From Octopus sinensis (taxonomy: Eukaryota), in NCBI RefSeq assembly GCF_006345805.1, contig NW_021835295.1, forward strand, positions 1 through 42,672: a DNA stretch of 42,672 bases. Reading direction: 5' to 3'. Positions within the stretch are counted from its first letter, which is position 1. Every line of letters begins with the position of its first letter. Below are positions 1 through 10,402 of the stretch, in pieces. The notes under the pieces are model-generated. The model saw only the letters and a list, made by a program, of their open reading frames with translations. It was not told where the DNA came from and did not search any database. The translations under genes and the position numbers were made by a program.

Positions 1-17
1 TATATATAATATATATA

Positions 18-55
<38 letters not shown>

Positions 56-69
56 CTATATATATATAT

Positions 70-110
<41 letters not shown>

Positions 111-220
111 CAGGCATATGCATATACCTACATACATACATTATATATATATATATATATATAGTATATATATAGATTATACAATATATATATATATATT
201 ATGTGAAATAGAAAGATGAA
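1..220. repeat. (TA)n microsatellite field
   Basis: Near-pure TA dinucleotide runs. Confidence 0.95.
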
Positions 221-515
221 TAATCTTGTAGTAGATTAATCAAAAGTTTAACCGATACCTTAGTAGCAAAAATCACAGCAGTAAACAGCACGGTTGTATG
301 TACAACCATATGGTGTTGCCAACCGTGCGTTGGTGCGGATAATTGAAATTAAAACATTATTGGTGAATTGAAGAAATGGAGCTGAACTCAGATTGAACAG
401 AAATCGTTTTATTTCATTCTACACCACGTGTTTCGAAAGGCACAATTACCAAAATCGATTGAATAATGGGACCATATTGTGTCTTTCTCTTCAGAAGAAA
501 ATAGGAAATCCGTTG

Positions 516-581
<66 letters not shown>

Positions 582-1159
582 CAAACGAATTATGTGTGTG
601 TATATATATATAGATATATGTATATATATACACGCACACATAATTCGTTTGTATTTTTTTTTACTTGTACTACTCCATCATCATATGGTCTGAAAAGTGG
701 TAAAATTTATTCAAACATCAGAAACGATAAGCAAAACTTGCAGAGGAAGAACAGAACTTAAATTCCCCAACAAGAACAACTGCGATAAAAAATATCTTTC
801 ATATTAATTGAAGTAACATTGGTAAAGACGAAGCTAAATGAGAAAAACGAACTAATTTATATGGCAAAAAAAAAAATGAGTTACTTAATCATGGCTAAAG
901 CAAACATTGTAGAAACGCTTTTTTCTTGTCCCCATTTTTCAGTAAAAAAACAAACAAACAAAAAGCAAAAAAAAAACAATAAAAAACAAAAAACAAAAAA
1001 CAAAAACAAGCTTCTAAATTAGACATTATATATTTTTTGTCAGTTACAGAAACTATTTATTAAAAACACTCTAATGATTTTTTTCTATCATTTTATATAT
1101 ATATATTTACAGATAAAAAAACATCGAGTCTAATTTTATCAGTAAATAAATGAATTCGG

Positions 1160-1197
<38 letters not shown>

Positions 1198-1447
1198 TGT
1201 ATATGTGTTTGTGTATGTATGTGTGTGATTTTATTAATTGTCAAATATTACTCCGTCAATATGCTATTGTAATTAATTTTTTGATTCTCTTAGAATTAAA
1301 ATAAAGGAGAAAATTAATATACACATCTTAAGTGATGGTTTCAGTTATCATTTGTCTTTCAGTAACATTTGTTCTTGTTCCCATTTTCTGTTTCTATTTT
1401 TTTCGCATTTTGTGCAGTAATTTTGGTAACTGTAATGGAGTTTTAGT

Positions 1448-1696
1448 GGAGGCGCGTGGCTTAGTAGTTTAGGGTGTTGAACTCATGATCGTAAGGTTGT
1501 GGTTTCGATTCCTGGACCGGGCGATGCGTTGTGTTCTTGAGCAAAACACTTCATTTCACGTTGCTCCAGTCCACTCAGCAGGCAAAAATGAGTAATCCTG
1601 CGTCGGACTGGTGTCCCGTCCAGATGGGGAATTTCTACGCCACTAAAACCGGGAAACAGGCCCTTATGAGCCTGGCATGGCTCGAGAAGGAACATT
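1448..1696 (+). mobile_element. tRNA-derived SINE, head type A with tail 1
   Basis: GGAGGCGCGTGGCTTAGT A-box-like head, GGTTTCGATTCC B box, central GTTGTGTTCTTGAGCAAAACACTT domain, GGACTGGTGTCCCGTCCAG tail. Confidence 0.85.
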
Positions 1697-1920
1697 TATT
1701 TAATGGAGATTTTAGTACTCTCAATAAGACAAATTTGAGCAAGAATGACAATAGTAGTGTAATTAAGAGAGTCACTTTGCAATCATATGTTCCTAGGTTC
1801 AACTAGCATTGAGTTGAACAATACTGTGTAAGGGCATTTTGGAAAACGAATACTGAACGGAACCCCGTCTTGTATGTATATCTTAGGTATATAAAATAAT
1901 TTAGTTTCTGTTTGGATTTC

Positions 1921-2870
1921 TTTCCGACCCCACTGCTCAACTGCTACTCGTTTCATCGACCTCGAAAGGATTAAAGGCAAAGTCGACCTTGGAAGAGTTT
2001 TGAACACAGAACTTAAAAACGGACGAAATGCCGCTAAGCATTTTTGCCCAGCGTGCGAACGATTCTGCCAGCCCACCGCCTTCATCGATTTAAAATTGTG
2101 ACACAACGATTTCGGGGAAGAGGTAGGTCGATTAGATTGATCCCAGAATTCAACTGGTACTTATTTTATTGGTCCCGAAAGAGTAAAAGTTAAAGTAAAC
2201 TTCAGCGAAATTTGAACGTAAATACTGACGAAATGCGGCTAAGCATTTTGCTCGGCGTGCTAACGATTCTTTTCTACTCTAGGCACAAGGCCAGAAATTT
2301 TGGGGAAAGGGGCCAGTCTATTAGTACACAATTGGTACCTAATTTATCGACCCCGAAACGATGAAAGGCAAAGTCGACCTCGGCGGAATTTGAACTCAGA
2401 ACGTAAACATAGACGAAATACCTATTTCTTCACTACCCACAAGGGGCTAAACTCAGAGGGGACAAACAAGGACAGACAAACAGATTAAGTCGACTACATC
2501 GACCCCAGTGCGTAACTGGTACTTAATTTATCGACCCCGAAAGGATGAAAGGCAAAGTCGACCTCGGCGGAATTTGAACTCAGAACGTACCGGCAGACGA
2601 AATACGGCTACGCATTTCGCACGGCATGCTAACGTTTCCTATTTCTCTACTGCCCATAAGGGGCTACGCACAGAGGGGACAAACAAGGACAGAGAAACGA
2701 ATTAAGTCTATTATATCGACCCCAGTGCGTAACTGGTACTTATTTAATCGACCCCGAAAGGATGAAAGATAAAGTCAACCTCGGCGGAATTTGAACTATG
2801 AACTTAGCGGCAGACGAAATACCGCTAAGCATTTCGCCCGGCGTGCTAACGGTTCTGCCAGCTCGCCACC
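1921..2870 (-). mobile_element. Tandem array of about 5 partial type C SINE units
   Basis: Repeated ATCGACCCCGAAAGGATGAAAGGCAAAGTCGACCTCGGCGGAATTTGAACTCAGAAC core; array ends at the reverse complement of the GGTGGCGAGCTGGCAG head at 2870. Confidence 0.85.
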
Positions 2871-3177
2871 TGACTAAAACAATTACAAGGTTAACACGTG
2901 TCATGTGTCCAATAAAATATGTTAACGAAGGAAATCAGCTGCTTGAAAGTGACAGGAAACGAACAACCAGGAAGACAAGCTGAGGCAATAAAGGATACAT
3001 TAATAATTAAGAACATCAATAATTAAGATTCGAAATAAACTACATGATATAATAACCAAATGAAGCAAAATTACGATGCAAGATTGTAAATGTGTTGAAT
3101 TACAGAAAAAAAAGACCTCGACACATTTCAAGGCTGTTACGATTCCTTCTCAATGTATTTCGCTTGTCATTTATCTT

Positions 3178-3500
3178 TTACTTCTTTCTGTCATTTGACT
3201 GTGGCCACGCTGGGGCACCACTTTGAAGAACACTATGTCGAATGAATCGACACCAGTACCTACTTTTTTCTTTGAAAACTAGGTACTTATTCTATCGGTC
3301 TGTTTTGCCGAACCGCTAAGGTACGAGTACGTAAGCTGACCAACATTGGTTGACAAACGGTGATGGGTGACAAACACAGAGACAAGGACAACCATCCCAA
3401 CACGCGCGGGAACGCACACACAAACACACACACATATACGGCAGGCTTCTTTCAGTTTCCGTCTACCAAATCCATTCACAAAACTTTGGTTACCCCAAGG
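3178..3500 (-). mobile_element. Diverged type B SINE, 5'-truncated
   Basis: TCAGTTTCCGTCTACCAAATCC and TTTTGCCGAACCGCTAAG motifs shared with the intact copy at 6809-7232. Confidence 0.8.
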
Positions 3501-3735
3501 CTAGAGTAAACGGGAGCAAACCTCGTTCCCATCGCCGTGCCTTTAATTGGATGTAATTCTTTCCACCGAAGAAGGTGTTGTAATCCAGAATAAGTTTGAC
3601 TGTGTCAAATATAAATGGTAATGTGAATCTGTTGGGAATTACTTCTCTATGTTTTCCTACCCAGTATTTTATCGCCTTTATTCCTAAATCATGTAGAATA
3701 TTGGTGTAAAGGTTTACCACATCAAAACTTAGTAA
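3500..3735 (-). pseudogene. Penelope-like retroelement reverse transcriptase fragment, frameshifted
   Basis: Minus-strand translation SFDVVNLYTNILHDLGIKAI...TVKLILDYNTFF...KGTAMGTRFAPVY, matching PLE RT motifs (FDVxSLYTNIP; QxxGxAMGxxxAPxxAN). Confidence 0.85.
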
Positions 3736-3770
3736 GAGTAAATTCGTTTCTGTTATTTTGAGAAGATAGG

Positions 3771-4030
3771 ACAGTCAGACTTATTCTGGAAAACAACACA
3801 TTCTTCTTCGATGGAAAGAATTACACACAAATTAAAGGTACGGCGATGGGAACAAGGTTTGCTCCCGTTTACGCAAACTCTGTAATGGGATACTTACAAG
3901 AACTCTACCAAGAAGTAGAAGAAAGTTGTAGCACTGAATTTAGAAAGTATATTGCAAAGGTATGGAAGTGATACATTGACGACTGCTTCATAATCTGGGC
4001 AGAATATCTAAATACACTGGAAGAATATTT
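3771..4030 (+). pseudogene. Penelope-like retroelement reverse transcriptase fragment including YIDD
   Basis: TVRLILENNTFFFDGKNYTQIKGTAMGTRFAPVYANSVMGYL...WK*YIDDCFIIW; in-frame TGA at 3969-3971, YIDD at 3972-3983. Confidence 0.9.
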
Positions 4031-4202
4031 AGAGACGCCTAAACCAAACACCAATCAACTTAAGTAATTTAGTGAAGCCACACACTGATTGGTCAGAATA
4101 CAATTTGCAAAACTTAATATTCTGGAGCTTATACAAGTGTATTTAAGGCACACATTTTAGCCATCTCACTACAGTTGTAAATTGTAAAACATAACTGTCA
4201 CC

Positions 4203-4250
4203 ACGGACCTGAAGAGTGCATAGTTTAATGCATGAAAGTACTAGCTCAGT
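4203..4250 (+). ncRNA. Minimal type I hammerhead ribozyme motif, Penelope pLTR type, partly degenerate
   Basis: CTGAAGA (4209-4215), stem II GTGCAT/ATGCAT, GAAA (4234-4237), palindromic GTAC, TA site, imperfect stem I; 180 nt downstream of a PLE RT fragment. Confidence 0.65.
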
Positions 4251-4376
4251 CAGAACAGAAATTTAATATTCTATCATTTCATTATATTATCTTATATTAT
4301 TAAAAGATTGTAAATTAAACGTGAAAATAAGACAAAGTTGGAATTCCTTTGATTAATACTATATATATATATATAT

Positions 4377-4679
4377 CACGTCACGTCACTTGACCGACCA
4401 GACCATCAGATGTTGCTACCATCGCTGGTCACAATGCGTTCGCATTGTTTTAGCCTTCAAATGACGCCACCCCGCCGCTGGCTAAGCGAGCAGGCCAACA
4501 GAAGAAAGAGTGGAGAAGAGTGGTGAAAGGTCAGCATGGATCACCACCCCCTGCCGGAGCTCGTGGAGCTTTTAGGTGTTTTCGCTCAATAAACACTCAC
4601 AAACGCCCGGTCTGGGAATCAAAACCGCGATCCTGCGACCGCGATTCCGCTGCCCTAACCACTAGGCCATTGCGCCTCC
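4377..4679 (-). mobile_element. tRNA-derived SINE, head type D with tail 2
   Basis: Reverse complement of GGAGGCGCAATGGCCTAGTGGTTAGGGCAGCGG head; tail GAAGGCTAAAACAATGCGAA...GTGACCAGCGATG ending in (GTGAC)n. Confidence 0.85.
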
Positions 4680-4688
4680 ATATATATA

Positions 4689-5086
4689 TCTTTATATATA
4701 AAAGAGAAGTTGTGTATCTGTCTCCTACGATTTAGATTCCTAACTACTCCCACATTTTGCGGTGCAGTTTAACCAAAACCGGGTATCTTATAGTCGTGAT
4801 TCATATCGAGCCCTTCTGCGTATTAGCGCGCGTCTACGATGAGTCTATGATTTAAAAACAAATTTACCATCATTTTTTTCCATTTTAATGCATTTTTTTC
4901 GCTATTATATAAGGGAAGTAACTCTCTAAAAATGTCTACGATGAGTCAACGATTAAAAAAAAAATTTACCATCATTTTTTTTCCATTTTTAATGCATTTT
5001 TTGCTATTTTTTGGCTATAACTCTCTAAAAATGCTTTTATAGTTATTTCCCTTACAAACCCGAGCAACGCCGGGCGATACTGCTAG
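4689..5086 (+). mobile_element. Non-autonomous Helitron-like element, body type A
   Basis: 5' TC, 3' CCCGAGCAACGCCGGG hairpin 8 nt before CTAG, inserted between A and T, no TSD; internal tandem duplication of about 100 bp (4832-5032). Confidence 0.75.
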
Positions 5087-5089
5087 TAT

Positions 5090-6150
5090 AAACATGCTTG
5101 AGTCTACTAGCGACAGCTGATGACGAGGGTTTTTTCCTTGTGTAGCACGTCCTGTAACTGTTTTTTTCGTTTTCTTGTTTTTTGTTTTTTGTTTTTCCCG
5201 TTTCTACGTCTTATTGTGGTGTCCTGTACTCACGTATAATTATTTATATATGCATGTATATATACATGTAGATGTAGGTACGTACATATATGTTTGTATG
5301 TATGCATATATTTTTATTTATCACATTATTGTCTGACAGCGCCCCGCGTCAGGTTCGTTCCGATTCGTCATTTCGTTCCACCTCTTGGTTCCTGTTATTT
5401 TTATATTAGTATTATATTAAGACGCGGAATTCTCTCCCTTTGCTTTAACCCTCTCCACTCTCTCTCCCTCCCACTCCTCCTCTCTCTCAGCCGCGTGTGC
5501 CCCTCCTCTTTCCTTCTCCCTTACTGCAACCTATGAAAATTTCTTTACACGTTGCTCCTACTACTGAAAAGACTGCCTTCCACGCGCTGCCACAGTATCC
5601 TTCGTCTATGCCAAAAAAAAGGCTTTTTCGTTCGTCCTCTTGTGTGTTTGATTTCCGTATCGTATTCTCTTTTTATTTTCTCGTTTTGTATTTATTTGTA
5701 TTTTTTGTACATGTATTTTTATTTTTGCAGTTTTATTGTTACACCCTGTTCGTGTTCGTACTCATTTTGCCCCGCTGCTTCGAATTTTATTTTAATTCTC
5801 TCGCAGGAAGGCCTAGTGGATTAGTGTTCTGTCTTTGCCTTCGAAACATGCTTGAGTCTACTAGCGACAGCTGATGACGGGGGTTTTTTCCTTGTGTAGC
5901 ACGTCCTGTAACTGTTTTTTTCGTTTTCTTGTTTTTTGTTTTTTTGTTTTTCTCGTTTCTACGTCTTATTGTGGTGTCCTGTACTCACGTATAATTATTT
6001 ATATATGCATGTATATATACATGTAAGATGTAGGTACGTCATATATTTTTGTATGTATGCATTATTTTTATTTATTACATTATTGTCTGACAGCACCCCG
6101 CGTCAGGTTCGTTCCGATTCGTCGTTTCGTTCCCTCTTGGTTCCTTTATT
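5090..6150 (+). mobile_element. Non-coding element with direct terminal repeats of about 310 bp (pLTR/retrozyme-like)
   Basis: 5090-5400 and 5844-6150 are near-identical at a 754-nt offset; each repeat carries CTGATGA and GCACGTC hammerhead strands; no credible ORF. Confidence 0.65.
5837..5914 (+). ncRNA. Candidate non-circularly permuted hammerhead ribozyme
   Basis: GCCTTC-GAAA-CATGCT ... ACAG-CTGATGA-C-GGGGGT ... AGCAC-GTC-CTGT; stems I, II and III can all form in a crossing topology. Confidence 0.55.
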
Positions 6151-6315
6151 ATATATATATATATATATTATATATGTATATATATATATGTATATTAGTA
6201 TATATATGTATATCTATATCCATACTATATATATACATATACATATATATATATACATATACATATATATATATACATATATATATATACATATACATAT
6301 ATATTATACATATAC

Positions 6316-6361
<46 letters not shown>

Positions 6362-6520
6362 GATTATATCTGTATATGTATATATATATATGTATATTAT
6401 ATATATATATATATATATATGTTATATATATATATATATGTATATATATATGTATATATATATACATACACACACATACAAACGCACACTCACACACATA
6501 TATAGACATACATATATACA
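6150..6520. repeat. (TA)n/(TACA)n microsatellite field
   Basis: Direct reading. Confidence 0.95.
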
Positions 6521-6808
6521 TATATACATAAGATGGAGACGAGTACTAACGTTCCCACATGGCAGGTTTGATAATTGTTAAGAGATCCCTCTTTCTACAT
6601 GAAACCATTGGTAGCCATGGTAACCTATAAATGAAGAACATTTATGCATCAATGCAGTGCTGATCACTTAATCTCGCTGTTCGATATTAGCGTATACATA
6701 CATACGCACATACACACATACATATATACATTTATAAAACACATGCATCACACACACACACATATATATATATGTATAGATATACGCACACATATATATG
6801 TATATATA

Positions 6809-7232
6809 GGCGCAGGAGTGGCTGTGTAGTAAGTAGCTTGCTAACCAAACCACATGGTTCCGGGTTCAGTCCCACTGCGTGGCATCTTGAGCAAGTGTCT
6901 TCTGCTATAGCCCCGGGCCGACCAATGCCTTGTGAGTGGATTTGGTAGACGGAAACTGAAAGAAGCCTGTCGTATATATGTATATATATATAAGTGTGTG
7001 TGTATATGTTTGTGTGTCTGTGTCTGTCCCCCTAGCATTGCTTCACAACCGATGCTGGTGTGTTTACGTCCCTGTCACTTAGCGGTTCGGCAAAAGAGAC
7101 CGATAGAATAAGTACTGGGCTTACAAAGAATAAGTCCCGGGGTCGATTTGCTCGACTAAAGGCGGTGCTCCAGCATGGCCGCAGTCAAATGACTGAAACA
7201 AGTAAAACAGTAAAACAGTAGAACAGTAAACA
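6809..7232 (+). mobile_element. Full-length type B tRNA-derived SINE
   Basis: GGCGCAGGAGTGGCTGTGTAGTAAG head, GGTTCAGTCCC B box, internal (TA)/(TG) tract, GACTGAAACAAGTAAAA end with (AACAGTA)n tail. Confidence 0.9.
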
Positions 7233-7504
7233 GTAGATATACATATATATGTGTGCGTGTTTGAAGTGAAATTGTACTTCGTGCAAACGGACAGTAATGG
7301 CTGAAAGGAATCGTTACTAAAAGTAGATTAACTGCAAAATAGACAAAAGATAAGCACTAAATAAATTCCGGACTTCCACTTAGCCATTGTTTCAATTTTT
7401 TTCCCTATCATCGGAAACAATAAAATAACTTCCAAGGATTCCAAGGAGGAAATTCTAGCTAAATGGTATTCTTGAATTTGTTCAGAGTTATCTCTTATTT
7501 AATC

Positions 7505-8047
7505 TTTGTATGTATGTATGTATGTATGTATGTATGTATGTATGTATGTATGTATGTATGTATGATAATGTATGTATGTATGGTATTATGTATGTATGTA
7601 TTATGATGTATGTATGAATTTATGTATGTATGTATGTAGTATGTATGAATGTAGTTGTATGTTTGTATGTATGTATGAATGTATGTATGTATGTATGAAT
7701 GTATGTGTGTATGTTTGTATGTATGTATGTATGTATGCATGTCTGTATGTATGTATGAATGTATGTATGTTTGAATGTATGTATGTATGTATGTATGTAT
7801 GTCTGTATGCATGTTTGTATGTATGTATGTATGTATGTCTGTATGCATGTTTGTATGTATGTATGTATGTATGTATGTATGTATGTATGTATGTATGTAT
7901 GCATGCATGTATGAAAGTATGTATATATGCATGCATGTATGTAAGTATGTATGTATGTATGCATGTATCTATCTGTCTGTCTGTCTGTCGGTCCGTCGGT
8001 CGGTCCGTCCGTCCGCCTGTCTGTCTGTCTGTCTTTCCGTCCGCCTG

Positions 8048-8132
<85 letters not shown>

Positions 8133-8140
8133 GTCTATCT
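7505..8140. repeat. Compound (TATG)n-(TCTG)n-(TCTA)n tetranucleotide array
   Basis: Direct reading; explains ORFs at 7495-8238. Confidence 0.95.
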
Positions 8141-8549
8141 ATCTAACACAAACACCCCTCTGGCCAATCGCTCATCAACTTTTTCAAGTACCACTTGAAA
8201 AGAATGGTGAGAATAGAGAGGTAAGTTTTGTCTCGTGAAAGTTTGAGCATGATCTTGTAAGTCGAAAAGAGAGAGAGAAAGAGAGACCACTTTGCTTTCA
8301 TGTGTCTATTCCCTCCCTGCCCGAGGTTAGCGTAATCCTTTCCGTGGGCCTTTCTTCCCACGGATAAACCTAATCTTTCTTCTTGCACTTTTAATATTTT
8401 CTGTGATACACGATCCCTTTTGATCGTTTTCTTCACGATTCCTTTTAATAGGAATTTTATTTTTCTCCTTTTTTTCTATTTTCAAAATGAAAAGCTCTAC
8501 ATTGTATTTTGTTCCCTCTGTGTCCGGCCCTGTGTAGCTAATAAAGAAA

Positions 8550-8745
<196 letters not shown>

Positions 8746-8789
8746 TCAAGAACAATCTTACTTAGAAATGGATGCGTGCGTTCCGTCAT

Positions 8790-9036
8790 ATTAATATATT
8801 AATAAATAAAACATATGCATATATATATATATACATATATGTACGTACCTACCTCTACATGTATATATACATGCATATAAGTGTACAGAACACCAAAAAA
8901 AAAAAAAACGCCGAACACAATGAGGAACGAAAACATAAACACAAAAACAAGGAACTGGACATTTTTCTTAAACAACAAAAAAATAGAGTACAGGAAAAAT
9001 AACACAAGGAAATTTCCGATCCGGATTCAGTAGCTA
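8790..9036 (-). mobile_element. Diverged fragment of the 5090-6150 element family
   Basis: Reverse complement reads TAGCTACTGAATC...TTTCCTTGTGT...CCTGTACT...TATGCATGTATATATACATGTAGAGGTAGGTACGTAC, homologous to 5862-6050; catalytic core decayed. Confidence 0.65.
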
Positions 9037-9369
9037 TTTCACAGACTTTGTCCTCCTCTCTGTTATTTTATTCTACAGAAGCTAGATTAATTATGGTTTC
9101 TACAAGAAGATCTTGGTTTTCGTATTTTCATTTTCTTTACTCACGTTCCACTTATTACACGATAACATAATTTGATATCCATTGAAGTAATGAAATATTG
9201 AGACCACAGAAAATTTTCTCTACACCTATATGCAGTACACTAAACAACAATATCATGCTACATTCTACTGCACTCAATTACACTGGATGTGCTCTAACAT
9301 GGCCTTAGCTGTCATGGCAGTCACAGAGAATACATATGGATCAAACAGTATCCTCTTATGGTTTATCTT

Positions 9370-9775
9370 TTACTTAAGTTATTAAATTGCAGTCATGCTG
9401 GAGCACCACATTGAGGAATTTGTAATCGAATGAATCGATCCCAGTACTTATTTTTTGCATATGCCTCATATTTATTCTAGTTTCACTTTTGCCGAACCGC
9501 TAAGTTGCGGGACGTAAACACACCAACACTTGCTAACAGGCAGTGGCGAGGTACTAGCACAGTCACAAATACTCACATACACACACTCACATACACACAC
9601 ATACACACGCACACATGACTGTACATATATACGACGAGCTTCTTTCAGTTTTCGTCTACCAAATCCGCTCACAAGGAGGCTATAGTAGAAGACATTTGCA
9701 CAGGGTTCCATGTAGTGGGACTGAACCCAGAACCATGTAATTGTGAAGGAAGCTTCTTACCACACAGCCACGCAG
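9370..9775 (-). mobile_element. Old type B SINE
   Basis: TTTTGCCGAACCGCTAAG, TTTCAGTTTTCGTCTACCAAATCC, GTAGTGGGACTGAACCC motifs. Confidence 0.8.
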
Positions 9776-10024
9776 TAGTTGAATGCCTTATATTGCAATA
9801 CTGCTTATTTCTTATTGCAACTCCACTAGTTTTGATATTTAGAAAGAACAAGAAAAATATGACGACGTTAACAAGCCAGAATAATGAAATACAGGAAACA
9901 TCTCCAGCAAATAAAAAACCAAAAAGGAACAATAAACATTAAGTATTATTGCCAGAATGCACACAAACAACAACCACAACACAAATATAACTATCTAAAA
10001 CAAAGATAAAATAGCTCAGCACGC

Positions 10025-10044
10025 AATAATAATAATAATAATAA

Positions 10045-10082
<38 letters not shown>

Positions 10083-10173
10083 TAATAATAATAATATTAA
10101 TAATGATGATGATGATGATGATGATGATAATAATAATAATAATAATAATAATGATGATGATGTGGTTCATAAT

Positions 10174-10218
<45 letters not shown>

Positions 10219-10225
10219 TATAATA

Positions 10226-10263
<38 letters not shown>

Positions 10264-10402
10264 AATGATGATGATGAAGATAATAATAATAATAATAATA
10301 ATGATGATGATGATGTGGTTCATAATAATAATAATAATAACAATAATAATAATAATGATAATAATAATAATATTATCAACAACAACAACAACGATGATAA
10401 CA
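10025..10402. repeat. (AAT)n/(GAT)n trinucleotide array
   Basis: Direct reading; poly-N/D/I ORFs are artefacts. Confidence 0.95.

Noticed and set aside
665-689. Possible 25-nt minus-strand micro-exon (PYDDGVVQ) behind CTTTTCAG
   Set aside because: Donor GTAAAA is weak and such short matches arise by chance
393-761. ORFs rich in YI/IY, MYVC, LSIY, HT and similar runs here and throughout the track
   Set aside because: They are translations of (TA)n, (TATG)n, (TCTA)n and (CA)n microsatellites, not genes
1448-1520. tRNA genes at SINE heads
   Set aside because: A and B boxes are present but there is no closed acceptor stem, and each continues into a SINE body
2300-2983. Repeated ORFs with NWYLIYRPRKDERQSRPRRNLNSE
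   Set aside because: Antisense read-through of type C SINE units; not a protein family and not a CRISPR array, since the spacers are homologous SINE sequence
5800-5856. Alternative nested hammerhead CTCG-CAGGA-AGGC...GCCTTC-GAAA-CATG-CT-TGAG
   Set aside because: Needs a 2-nt core deletion, has the wrong stem II register and no UH site, and is absent from the 25978 copy; at most a competing hairpin
8195-8226. ATGGTGAGAATAGAGAG/GTAAGT as a first coding exon with an upstream CCAAT
   Set aside because: Only a good donor hexamer; no supporting downstream plus-strand exon could be linked
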